Of a stretch of DNA of 64,000 bases, positions 9,187-17,569 are shown one piece after another (the first letter of the stretch is position 1; every line of letters begins with the position of its first letter). The notes below the pieces were generated by a model. It saw nothing but the letters and a program-made list of their open reading frames with translations, did not search any database and was not told the origin of the DNA. The DNA is from a virus. Lineage: Duplodnaviria > Caudoviricetes. The translations under genes and the position numbers were made by a program. The stretch lies in the IMG/VR virus record IMGVR_UViG_2974613666_000001, positions 64,001 to 128,000 of that record. One strand, given 5' to 3'.

Positions 9187-9512
9187 TAGTATATCACCTG
9201 TAAACGAAAATGTTTCAACTATCCCACTTTATTATTGCTGACAAGTTGAGTATTGTCCAGATGTTGATTATAGGACTACTAGCTTAGAAACTACTAGCAC
9301 TTAGCATAAAATAAAGTATTTGACACCGATGTATATAATACTGCTTGTAGCTCAAATATATTGCTGTATAAGGGGTTCAGATTATTTTATGTGTGTTTGC
9401 TTGTACCTTGGATTTTTCTATGATTACCATAGAGATGTTACAAATTGTATTTTAGAGGCTGGAACGCTTATACAGTACATACTACAATGTTTACACTCCA
9501 TTTTTGCCGCCG

Positions 9513-9570
9513 AGGGTGTGTCAGATTCTGAAGTAATTAAATTCAGATTATTCCGATTTTGACACACCCT
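9513..9570. repeat. Inverted repeat AGGGTGTGTCA..TGACACACCCT
   Basis: Perfect 11-bp arms plus an inner TCTGAA/TTCAGA stem. Confidence 0.75.
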
Positions 9571-9794
9571 ATTTATTTACATCTTTATAGCGATCACCAT
9601 AATCTAATTTAGTCAAAAGTTATACTATTTTAAATTATCTAATTAAGTTAAAGTATTGATATATAAGGATTATTGTCTAAGTATTACTATGAAGTTATAA
9701 CTCAAGCGGAAAAAATACTGATACTTAGTTAGATCGATTTAGGTCGTTTTAGTAGAAAGTATAGTTATGACAAATGGCTGAACATTATTGAACT

Positions 9795-10196
9795 AAAAAA
9801 ATAATGCTCTCGATGCTATTTAGTTTTGTAAAACTCCAGGACACTGCCAGATGCTTTATCAGTGCCGCTAAGAGGCATCTGGGGAGTTTGTTTTGCTATC
9901 ATCTTGCGAGTCAAGCGTTTTTCTAAAGACCGATGCTTTCACCATTGCTGGCAGCTTTCCGATTTTAATTAACTTTAGGGTTTATTAGGTAGATGGTGAC
10001 AGATGACCTTTTTTCTCGGTTCTTTTCATCCCTTTACACTGGTTTGGGTCTATTCGCACCAGCCCCGTCGGCCTTAACGACGTACCACTTTGCTTTTTGA
10101 GAGCTTCAACCCATTACTGGAGGCACTAGCGAACTAGTTGTGGATTTGCCTGGGTGTAGCTCGTCTCTTTCACCGATGAAGGCTACTTACGCACCC
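9795..10196 (-). ncRNA. Candidate large (~400 nt) structured non-coding RNA of unknown class
   Basis: No ORF of 60 aa or more and locally GC-richer. Own promoter (TTGCTA-N17-TATTAT-N6-GGG), many stems with GNRA/UUCG loops, a 3' pseudoknot and a terminal hairpin followed by T7. Confidence 0.75.
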
Positions 10197-10202
10197 AAAT
10201 AT

Positions 10203-10231
10203 ATAATAAGGTATTTCTCACCGTTTAGCAA
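10203..10231 (-). promoter_or_regulatory. Sigma70-type promoter of the candidate ncRNA
   Basis: -35 TTGCTA (10231-10226), 17-nt spacer, -10 TATTAT (10208-10203), predicted TSS G at 10196. Confidence 0.7.
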
Positions 10232-10319
10232 GTATTTCCGTAAAATAATCTGCTGCTGAGTTGGTAGTGTTTGTTTCTATCCATTTCTATCCCTAGGTTA
10301 GATAAAGATTCACCACCAA

Positions 10320-10356
10320 AAACAAACCCACTACGGTTAAGGTAGTGGGTTTGTTT
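10320..10356 (-). terminator. Intrinsic terminator hairpin
   Basis: AAACAAACCCACTAC/GTAGTGGGTTTGTTT stem; it would insulate the ncRNA promoter from upstream genes. Confidence 0.75.
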
Positions 10357-10377
10357 GTTTCATCATATTCAGATTAG

Positions 10378-10632
10378 CTAACTCACCGGATACCATCCAT
10401 CACCTTTCCAATAGCCAATGTCACCCTTTCTTGTAACTTCCCAATCTTCATCACTCCAATCCTTGGAATGTTCGTCGCACTTTTCGCAAAAGTAAAGGCT
10501 GTAAATCTCATTATCCTAGCTCACAGCGTTAAAACATCGCATCTTTGAGCCTGCTGGGAACGATCGCTGGCAACCATAGCATTGGTGTGTTTTGCATGTC
10601 TTAGCCTGTTTGTCTTCTAGAACTCTGGTCAT
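10378..10632 (-). pseudogene. Small zinc-ribbon protein (CYGC..CEKC) with an in-frame TAG
   Basis: Translates as MTRVLEDKQAKTCKTHQCYGC..FNAVS*DNEIYSLYFCEKCDEH..WYPVS, with the stop at 10516-10518. Confidence 0.65.
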
Positions 10633-10655
10633 TGTTTTACCTGCTGTCCTCTAAT

Positions 10656-10973
10656 TCAGTTGCCACTTGTTTTAACATCTTTGATTGCGATTATATTTAC
10701 TAATCTCATCGATCTAATATCTGTTTTCCATTCATTCCTACATTGCCTGAACGCAGGTAAAGAATAATCAGTGAATTCAAACTCCAGTAAATGAGCATAA
10801 CGCCCCTGTACCCACTGCGAGTTATTAAATTTACCATTCATAGGGTTGGTTTTAATCCAGGCAATATTAGGACTAAAGCACTTTTCCCGGTTACGGTGAA
10901 ATTGTAAGCTTTGGTGGTAGAGTGTTAAATCTCTTTCTACTTGGCACATCGCACGGTATAGAGTAAGGCTCAT
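10656..10973 (-). CDS. Hypothetical protein
   Basis: 105-aa ORF preceded by a GAGG RBS. Confidence 0.6.
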   Translation of the reverse strand: MSLTLYRAMCQVERDLTLYHQSLQFHRNREKCFSPNIAWIKTNPMNGKFNNSQWVQGRYAHLLEFEFTDYSLPAFRQCRNEWKTDIRSMRLVNIIAIKDVKTSGN

Positions 10974-10982
10974 AGCAAACCT

Positions 10983-11147
10983 CTATTCGTTTACTCCTGG
11001 GATATGGAAGTGCTTCCGCATAGATTTGATATAATCTCGCAGCACTTCCGCCATAGGCTGCTGTTTTGATTCAGCATAATCCTGTAACAAATTATATTCA
11101 TTTTCACTCAGTCTCACTTCTATTTTCCGTGTTCTTTTAGTTCGCAT
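10983..11147 (-). CDS. Ribbon-helix-helix (CopG-like) regulator, 54 aa (below the ORF-track cutoff)
   Basis: MRTKRTRKIEVRLSENEYNLLQDYAESKQQPMAEVLRDYIKSM. Confidence 0.75.
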   Translation of the reverse strand: MRTKRTRKIEVRLSENEYNLLQDYAESKQQPMAEVLRDYIKSMRKHFHIPGVNE

Positions 11148-11315
11148 AGTGTTAAATGTAATGCTTTATGCTATGCTTAGTCTATCACAGATACGAGGTT
11201 AATGACGATAGTATATCACCTATTTCAAGACATGATTAGAAATTATTGAGTAATAAAGTAGTACATCTGACTCTATATTTACATCAAATCTACACAAATT
11301 CACATAGTATCAATT

Positions 11316-11582
11316 ATGATAGGTATTGTCTACATGAAATTAAACAGGTTAAACATTGCACTAAGTGACTCTGATTTAAGATGGTTAACGATTTGGGCTT
11401 GGGTTAGTGGTCGAACTCCTGGTGCTTATGCTTCTCACATAGTCTCTAATCGAGTTTCTACAAACCTGAAAGAGATTAAGGGGCGACTACAGGATGAGGC
11501 AGATTTAAAGGGTATAAGCCTAAAAGAACTGATAAAAGAAATTGTAGGAGAGATAGATGATCCAGAAAGTAAGGAAGATTAA
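11316..11582 (+). CDS. Small putative DNA-binding protein (RHH-like)
   Basis: RLNIALSDSDLRWL strand-helix pattern. Confidence 0.5.
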   Translation: MIGIVYMKLNRLNIALSDSDLRWLTIWAWVSGRTPGAYASHIVSNRVSTNLKEIKGRLQDEADLKGISLKELIKEIVGEIDDPESKED

Positions 11583-11588
11583 ATTGCC

Positions 11589-11831
11589 ATGACATTAGAA
11601 ACCAACACTAAATTCACAGGCATGATTATGTTCAGCCTGCTAAACCTGCTGATAGGCAGCGCAGCACTCAGTACCTTATCAAAAGTCTCACAAACAGCAG
11701 ATGAGACAGTTAGAATGCGTGTTGAGTTAGCTAATTTAAGCAAGTCACTGGATAATTATGTTGCTACCCATACAGAGCAATGGCGGCTTATTGATGCCAG
11801 ATTGCGCGATGTGGAATCCAAGATTAGGTAA
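11589..11831 (+). CDS. Single-TM coiled-coil protein (holin/XhlA-like by topology)
   Basis: N-terminal hydrophobic helix and a C-terminal DARLRDVESK coiled coil. Confidence 0.5.
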   Translation: MTLETNTKFTGMIMFSLLNLLIGSAALSTLSKVSQTADETVRMRVELANLSKSLDNYVATHTEQWRLIDARLRDVESKIR

Positions 11832-11851
11832 TAGACATCATCTCATTAAAC

Positions 11852-11887
11852 AAAAAACCCACTTAAAGCACTAAGTGGGTTTTTTTG
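11852..11887. terminator. Bidirectional intrinsic terminator
   Basis: AAAAAACCCACTTA/TAAGTGGGTTTTTT between convergent genes. Confidence 0.8.
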
Positions 11888-11907
11888 ATCAAATCTAAAA
11901 GGTGATA

Positions 11908-13995
11908 TTAGAAATCGACTTTCTTCAGTTGATCTTTAAACTCAATCAAGGCAACAGAGCCGTCAAAATAAATCACGTTATCAGCAGGGGCGATCGCTTG
12001 CCAATCTTTTCTGCTACCGTTTAGGTCTGCTGACAGGGTAAGTAAAGAAGCGTCTCCAGGTACATCACCGTATTTGGGTAGCGTTTGCCCTAGCACTTTG
12101 CGAGAGTCACGCCCTTGTACCTTGTAAGCTGCCATACCGCCAACGAAAACTGAGTCTTCATTCACTAACAGGGTTTTGGCTCTCAAAGCGTTCCCGTCCA
12201 TCGAGTCGGTGCGAGTCAGTGTAAATTGACCACTAATAACTTTCAAAGTATTAGCGGCTAAAACACCTGTGTAAGATATATGATTTGCTTTGGTTTTTGT
12301 TCCCAATGAGAACCAGTCCACACCCTCAGCAATAGTCTGTGTTTTCAGATCGAAGCCATTCCATCTGAAAACGCTATTACCACCTGCTGACTCGCCTAAA
12401 ACGTATAACTTGTCTCCCACAAGTTGAATACGGTAAAGCCTAGCGTCAGCCATATCGTTACCGAGAGATTCGGGATCAAAGTTCCAACCGCTTCGGACAA
12501 TTTGGAAACTTTTGCTAGCATCAAATACTTTTAAGAAAGCAACTTGAACTGGCACACCTTGACGGGTGCGGTTACTGAAACCAGCAACATAGATTTCATT
12601 ATTGCTTATTTGGACATCTTGCAGATATGTGCCAGACTCACCCCATCTAAAAACTTCTTTATAGTTGGAGTCGTAAACTGCAAATTGATTTCCGTTTTCG
12701 CCAACATTTTCAACAATTACTGTGTACAGCGTACTTGCAGCTAACCTTACACCGTTCAATTCCTTACCTAAACTTTTAATTACCTCTGTTTTCGCTGTGC
12801 TTGGGTTATAGCTAATAAGTAAGCTTCTAGTAACTGCCAAAATCACATTACCGCGTAAAGCTACAGCTAAAGTAGGTTCAGGCGAGATAACCTTTGCCTT
12901 ATCTCCATCAATTTCTACAAACCCAGACCCTTTAGACGCAACATACAGTTTACCGTTGTATTTAATGGCATCTTGAGGTTGCAGTATAGGTAACTCTTGG
13001 ATGTTGGTTACTTCTTTTCTGGGTGCAGTCTGGATGGGAGTAGAAAGGAAGTAGGGGGTGAAGTAAGGTTCTTGCCCACCATGTCTAACGTAAGTAATCA
13101 ATTCATTACCTACTTTCGCAACAGAGCGAGTGTATCCAACGTCTAAGCGTTCTTGAGGATAGAATCTATCTTCTTTTGCCTTGTACAGTAGCGTACCTTG
13201 GTTGGCGATAAAGATCACTTCACCTGGAGCGATAACTTCAACCATACCATTGTACCAAGCGGGGCTGATTTCCCGCCAACTCTTTTCATTGAGTTTGCGC
13301 TGAAACTGACCCTGTTGAGTGTGAGCGTATAGTGTGTTAGTGGTAGTATCCAGAGCAAGTTGGCAATTAGAGGAATTGGGTTTATTTCCGGTAGCATTGG
13401 TTAGGTTTAGACCCTCAATTTTACTTGTTACTTCACCAGTAGCTAGGTTGCATTCAACCATACCGTCAAAATCCCTAAAACCAATATAGAGAACATCTCC
13501 CAGAAGAATAAACGAGGTCATTACCCGACCTTTAATTAAGGGATTCGACTCTAAATTGATGCTTCTGGTAGAGCCACTGGCACTTAGTAAGCTCCCTTTT
13601 AACTCTCTCTCCCCTAGAGTTAACGCAGAAACGTCATTGCAGATTATTTTATTTGCTTTAATCCCAGGGAAGCTAACCCAAGACTGAATATCTTGATTAC
13701 GAATGTCGGGAACATAATAAACATCTGTATGTAATTTCATCCACCCCTTGTAGGGGTCGGTAGAGGATGGGCGGTACTCGTAGTTGTTGTAGAAGTTTAC
13801 AAGTTTGTTCTTATCCAAGGAGCCGAAAGGTTTGATCGAGAGTCTTTCTTGCGCCCCACCTCCCCCATAAATAACAATTTCATCACGCAAACAAAATACT
13901 ACCTTACCCGCAGACGGGCTTAAAGCAAATGATTTGTAGTACTCATTTGGGTCATTGTGGTTTGTGTCGAAGCCTAAATCTAGTCTTGTAGTCAT
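11908..13995 (-). CDS. 695-aa predicted beta-propeller protein
   Basis: Repeated beta-blade-like patterns (GDVLYIG, NGKLYVAS, NNEIYVAG, GDKLYVLG, DSVFVGG). Confidence 0.6.
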   Translation of the reverse strand: MTTRLDLGFDTNHNDPNEYYKSFALSPSAGKVVFCLRDEIVIYGGGGAQERLSIKPFGSLDKNKLVNFYNNYEYRPSSTDPYKGWMKLHTDVYYVPDIRNQDIQSWVSFPGIKANKIICNDVSALTLGERELKGSLLSASGSTRSINLESNPLIKGRVMTSFILLGDVLYIGFRDFDGMVECNLATGEVTSKIEGLNLTNATGNKPNSSNCQLALDTTTNTLYAHTQQGQFQRKLNEKSWREISPAWYNGMVEVIAPGEVIFIANQGTLLYKAKEDRFYPQERLDVGYTRSVAKVGNELITYVRHGGQEPYFTPYFLSTPIQTAPRKEVTNIQELPILQPQDAIKYNGKLYVASKGSGFVEIDGDKAKVISPEPTLAVALRGNVILAVTRSLLISYNPSTAKTEVIKSLGKELNGVRLAASTLYTVIVENVGENGNQFAVYDSNYKEVFRWGESGTYLQDVQISNNEIYVAGFSNRTRQGVPVQVAFLKVFDASKSFQIVRSGWNFDPESLGNDMADARLYRIQLVGDKLYVLGESAGGNSVFRWNGFDLKTQTIAEGVDWFSLGTKTKANHISYTGVLAANTLKVISGQFTLTRTDSMDGNALRAKTLLVNEDSVFVGGMAAYKVQGRDSRKVLGQTLPKYGDVPGDASLLTLSADLNGSRKDWQAIAPADNVIYFDGSVALIEFKDQLKKVDF

Positions 13996-14109
13996 ACAAC
14001 AAAATAAATTACTTACTACAAAACTAGCAAAATAGATTATTTTGTTGTATGACCAACTTAATAGAACAAGTGATATATGTTACTTTAGTATTAATTAGGC
14101 ATTAAATAA

Positions 14110-14292
14110 ATGAAACACGATCTAGTAATACCAATGTGGTTTGGTAGCCTTGGTGTTGTCCTGATAATACTCCTGATATTTAAACCACCTACCAATGAGA
14201 AAATAGTAGAAATTATTGGTGCAACGGCTACGGGTCTAGTTACAGGGGCGATCGCTGTAGCAGTACCCACTATAAAGAATGGGAGACTTTGA
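14110..14292 (+). CDS. Small two-TM membrane protein
   Basis: Two hydrophobic helices in 60 aa. Confidence 0.55.
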   Translation: MKHDLVIPMWFGSLGVVLIILLIFKPPTNEKIVEIIGATATGLVTGAIAVAVPTIKNGRL

Positions 14293-14353
14293 CTCAAGGA
14301 AAAGCACTTAAGTAATCACTTAAGTGCTAGTTCAGTGTCCAAGGTAGCATCAG

Positions 14354-14425
14354 TGTCGGGTATGGGAGTTGAACCCACTTTTTTCAGGATATGAGCCTGA
14401 CGTGAAACCGTCTCACTCACCCGGC
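14354..14425 (-). tRNA. tRNA with CAT anticodon (Met or Ile2), atypical
   Basis: Acceptor GCCGGGT/ACCCGAC, D stem GTGA/TCAC, anticodon arm TCAGG-CTCATAT-CCTGA, T arm GTGGG-TTCAACT-CCCAT. No encoded CCA. Confidence 0.85.
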
Positions 14426-14490
14426 TATTTCAATATATCACTTAAATTCTATTTCAACAACTAAACCATGATAGGTGCTTTGGTAGTCAC

Positions 14491-14976
14491 TTATTCCCAT
14501 CCTTTTTCAGCTTCCTTAAGTTTCACTGGATCAACTTCCTCACCTGCCTCAGCTTCGTGCTTCATATTCAGCACCTGCAAACACTCAACAGCGATTGGTA
14601 CTAGCCTCCCTGTGTATGTTTGACCTAAAAGCATATAGGACATAGGTGGAATAATAATACCAGTTAAAGCACAGACTTCCTCACGCCAGGTTTGAGAAGC
14701 GATCGTACTTTTGATATCTGCTGCTACAAGTTTACGTTCATGCTCTGGTTTACTAGGTAAATGTTCATCACAGTAAGCCGTGAGAATATTAACAGCCAAT
14801 TGGTTACGGGAAATTGCACAAGGTTCGGCTTGTGCTGCTAAAGTTTCTAATCTCCTAATTAGCTCTTTAGGTAACGCGATATAAATAGCTAGTTCGTTTG
14901 ATGCAAGAGATAGTCCCATATTAACCAGCCCATAGATAACAGTATTTGTCTGGTGAAGCTGAAATTTCTTTCTCAA
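14491..14976 (-). CDS. RHH-domain protein (likely start MGLSL near 14919)
   Basis: IYIALPKELIRRLETLA..ISRNQLAVNIL. Confidence 0.55.
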   Translation of the reverse strand: MRKKFQLHQTNTVIYGLVNMGLSLASNELAIYIALPKELIRRLETLAAQAEPCAISRNQLAVNILTAYCDEHLPSKPEHERKLVAADIKSTIASQTWREEVCALTGIIIPPMSYMLLGQTYTGRLVPIAVECLQVLNMKHEAEAGEEVDPVKLKEAEKGWE

Positions 14977-15214
14977 TCTCGTACCAATTGTTGCAACCCG
15001 ACATTGCTGAAATTGCCTCTAACTGGTGCTTTACTTCTTTGGCTGGTTTACGGTTGTAGTTGTTGCATAGGCTGGACAGACTGTTGCCATCTTCATCAGT
15101 ATCGTTGGTCATTGTTAATCTGTGGCACTTGTGTGAGCCGTCGAAAGCGTAATGATAGGCAAACGGAAGCTTTTCAGGTTCCAGCAAAGTTAACATTACA
15201 GTCATTTTATGCAA
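14921..15214 (-). CDS. Hypothetical protein
   Basis: 97-aa ORF in the same operon. Confidence 0.5.
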   Translation of the reverse strand: MHKMTVMLTLLEPEKLPFAYHYAFDGSHKCHRLTMTNDTDEDGNSLSSLCNNYNRKPAKEVKHQLEAISAMSGCNNWYEIEKEISASPDKYCYLWAG

Positions 15215-15321
15215 GTGGTGATATGTCTCACTTATTTTACATTGTCTGGTAACAGTAAGGCAATAAAAAAAACGACCAACTCGGAGGAGCGATCGTCTCT
15301 GTGAGGTTATATCGTTATTGA

Positions 15322-16065
15322 CTACTCAAGAGTTTCTAGCAATTCCCGCAACGGAATTATTTTACTTTTGACTAGATTTATGAATGCTTTTTTGATCATG
15401 GATTTATCAGCTTCTGTGGGTAATCTTCTTGGTGGGTTTGAAAATATAAAATTAACCTTCAAGTTTTCTACAGTGTCCGTTTCTCCCCAGTCGTCTGATG
15501 CTAAAGGTTGATCAAATAGTTTATCTAACAGCTTAAGAGCTTCTCCAGCTATACCCTCCGTATTGTAGATTTCAACAAACCCCACAGATATCAAAGCATT
15601 TACCCAAGCGTCGGACAAACCTCTCAACCAAGCATTATATTTTTTGATATTGTGGTTCTCGTCATCAGCTATAAATGATATGTACTCCCCATTTCTATAA
15701 AGTGAAACAGCATCTAAGGTTATTGTGTCTATGGCGTTCATACTTATTAAGGTCTGCAAATCTGACCATACTTTTTCTATATATTCAGGTTCATAGTCCT
15801 TGCTACCGTCGTAGATTTGAAGCAAGAGGCTGTCAGTTGATTCATGTGGGGTAAGTGAATAACCATTAGGTAACTGTGGACGAGTTATTACACTCGTGTC
15901 ACTTAATGTTTCTAGCTTTACAGTTATTGGTTTTTGTGGTGTTGCCTTATCCCATTTTACTGGGGTTATGAAGTAGGTGTTTCCAGGCTTGGGTTTTCTT
16001 TTCTTAGCTGTCGCGTAGCTGATCGGTTCTAGTTCTTGTTTGTTTAATGATGTTATGTTCAGCAT
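15322..16065 (-). CDS. Hypothetical protein
   Basis: 247-aa ORF with an RBS and the conserved promoter motif upstream. Confidence 0.65.
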   Translation of the reverse strand: MLNITSLNKQELEPISYATAKKRKPKPGNTYFITPVKWDKATPQKPITVKLETLSDTSVITRPQLPNGYSLTPHESTDSLLLQIYDGSKDYEPEYIEKVWSDLQTLISMNAIDTITLDAVSLYRNGEYISFIADDENHNIKKYNAWLRGLSDAWVNALISVGFVEIYNTEGIAGEALKLLDKLFDQPLASDDWGETDTVENLKVNFIFSNPPRRLPTEADKSMIKKAFINLVKSKIIPLRELLETLE

Positions 16066-16130
16066 AGTGTGCTTACCTTCTCAAAATTACTTATTTACTT
16101 TTATAAGTTAGCATACTCCCTATTACACAT

Positions 16131-16151
16131 CAACAGTAATTACACTGAATT
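16131..16151 (-). promoter_or_regulatory. Conserved promoter-associated motif, copy 1 of 5 (others at 20509, 49627, 51097, 53728)
   Basis: Plus-strand consensus CAAC(C/A)GTAATT(A/C)(T/C)ACTGAATT. Its CAA is the TTG of a minus-strand -35 box in each copy. Confidence 0.75.
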
Positions 16152-16343
16152 AATAGAACTCACGCACCCAAATAAAAATATCTACTATATAACCAGATCC
16201 CACAAAATAACCCCGCTTTTTGCATTCCAGAATTACCTTTTTTAATTACTCTGGTCATATTTTAAAAAGGTTAGATCGCTGCAACCCTTGTTATATAATG
16301 CTTACATTAATTTTTAAGCCATCAAAAATTAATTGTGCTTAAC

Positions 16344-16454
16344 TGTGGAACTGCCAGAAAATCGTCAATAGTATGGTGTGGAACTGCCATTTGTGAGTAT
16401 ATAACTATATGGTAATACTGTTCTAGAGTTCAATAGTATGGTGTGGAACTGCCA
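16344..16454. repeat. Direct repeats TCAATAGTATGGTGTGGAACTGCCA x2 plus a partial TGTGGAACTGCCA
   Basis: Copies at 16365-16389 and 16430-16454; partial copy at 16344-16356. Confidence 0.85.
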
Positions 16455-16634
16455 CGGCGTTTTGCTAGACTGTTAATTGATCGCCAAAATAACCCTTGAA
16501 TATGGATAAGAGTGATCTCACCTGAGATGTGTGGTTATTTACAATTTGATGTAAGTGTGGTTGGTTATTGGTAATAGCTAGACATAAAAAAAACCGACCT
16601 AAATTTAGGTCGGTTTTTGTAGTTGGTCTACTTT

Positions 16635-17438
16635 TTACCCTAAATTAATACTTGCCATTCCACTTGTGGATTCTTTAGCTCTACCATTTATAGTTCCGCT
16701 ATAGTTAATTTTAACCATCCCTGATGCGTTTGCTTTGTAAGCACCATCAACAGTACCGCTAGTTTGGATTTTTGAAGTACCTGAAGAATTGGCTTTAACT
16801 GCGGCAATACTTTGGTTGCCGTAAACTTGTAAACTTGCACAACCAGAAGTATCTGCTTTTAGTTCCCCACCAGCAACAGTAGCTCTTAAACTGGAAGTAC
16901 CAGATAAGTTAGCGTTCAGGTCATCGCACATGAATAAATCAACTTTAGCTGTACTTGATAAATCTATTTCCACATCAGCTAGTGCTAGTTTAGCCGATAA
17001 TTCTGCTATCTCATCTAACTCAATACTGCAATCAATCTTAGGACATTTTATCTTAATTACTGGCGGTTCATTATTTTCAGAACTAGAATCGTCGCCACTG
17101 AAATCAGATAAATTAATCTTTTTACCGTTGATGGTAACATTACCTGAGAATCCCGAAATGTTAATACCACCATTAGATTGAATAACGTTCATCCCATTAC
17201 CCCGCACTACTCTGGTATTACCTGATTGGTAAATGTTGCCGATTTGGATGTTACCTGACCCTGTGGACTTCTGAATTACCCTAACTTCTCCATTACTGTT
17301 CTCAACTTTAAATTCTTTCAACTGGTCGGGACTACCTTTGATATCTACTGTGGTTGAGGTGGTGGCGGACTGTTCAATGACTACTTTACCAAAGCTTACT
17401 TTGATGTCTAGCGCTGTGATGTTTTGAAACTTTTGTAT
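16635..17438 (-). CDS. GIN-domain / DUF2807-like beta-helical protein
   Basis: Repeats such as ANLSGTSSL, ADTSGCASL, ANSSGTSKI, ANASGMVKINYSG. The frame is open to an ATA at 17438 behind GGAGG (the ORF track starts at 17321). Confidence 0.75.
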   Translation of the reverse strand: MQKFQNITALDIKVSFGKVVIEQSATTSTTVDIKGSPDQLKEFKVENSNGEVRVIQKSTGSGNIQIGNIYQSGNTRVVRGNGMNVIQSNGGINISGFSGNVTINGKKINLSDFSGDDSSSENNEPPVIKIKCPKIDCSIELDEIAELSAKLALADVEIDLSSTAKVDLFMCDDLNANLSGTSSLRATVAGGELKADTSGCASLQVYGNQSIAAVKANSSGTSKIQTSGTVDGAYKANASGMVKINYSGTINGRAKESTSGMASINLG

Positions 17439-17569
17439 AATGTCCTCCTGTTGTTTTGTTGATTACGTGGTTTAAATTCATTAATTCATTTTATTACAGC
17501 ACCGCTACTATAATATATTTTAAATTATGCGTGTAGGAAAGAAGCCCTAGTCTGAGAGCTTCCTTATGC

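Noticed and set aside
9320-9562. 80-aa ORF
   Set aside because: TTG start, no RBS, atypical composition, and it overlaps regulatory repeats.
9795-10196. Group II intron, tmRNA or RNase P identity for the ncRNA
   Set aside because: It has GTGCG near the 5' end but no domain V/VI or RT; no tRNA-like ends or tag ORF; no GAGGAAAGTCC RNase P signature.
10516-10518. Genome-wide TAG recoding
   Set aside because: Long genes are intact under code 11, several end normally in TAG, and no suppressor tRNA is seen.
16344-16454. Canonical CRISPR array
   Set aside because: Only two full repeats, uneven spacing (8 and 40 nt), no internal palindrome and no cas genes. Kept only as a repeat.
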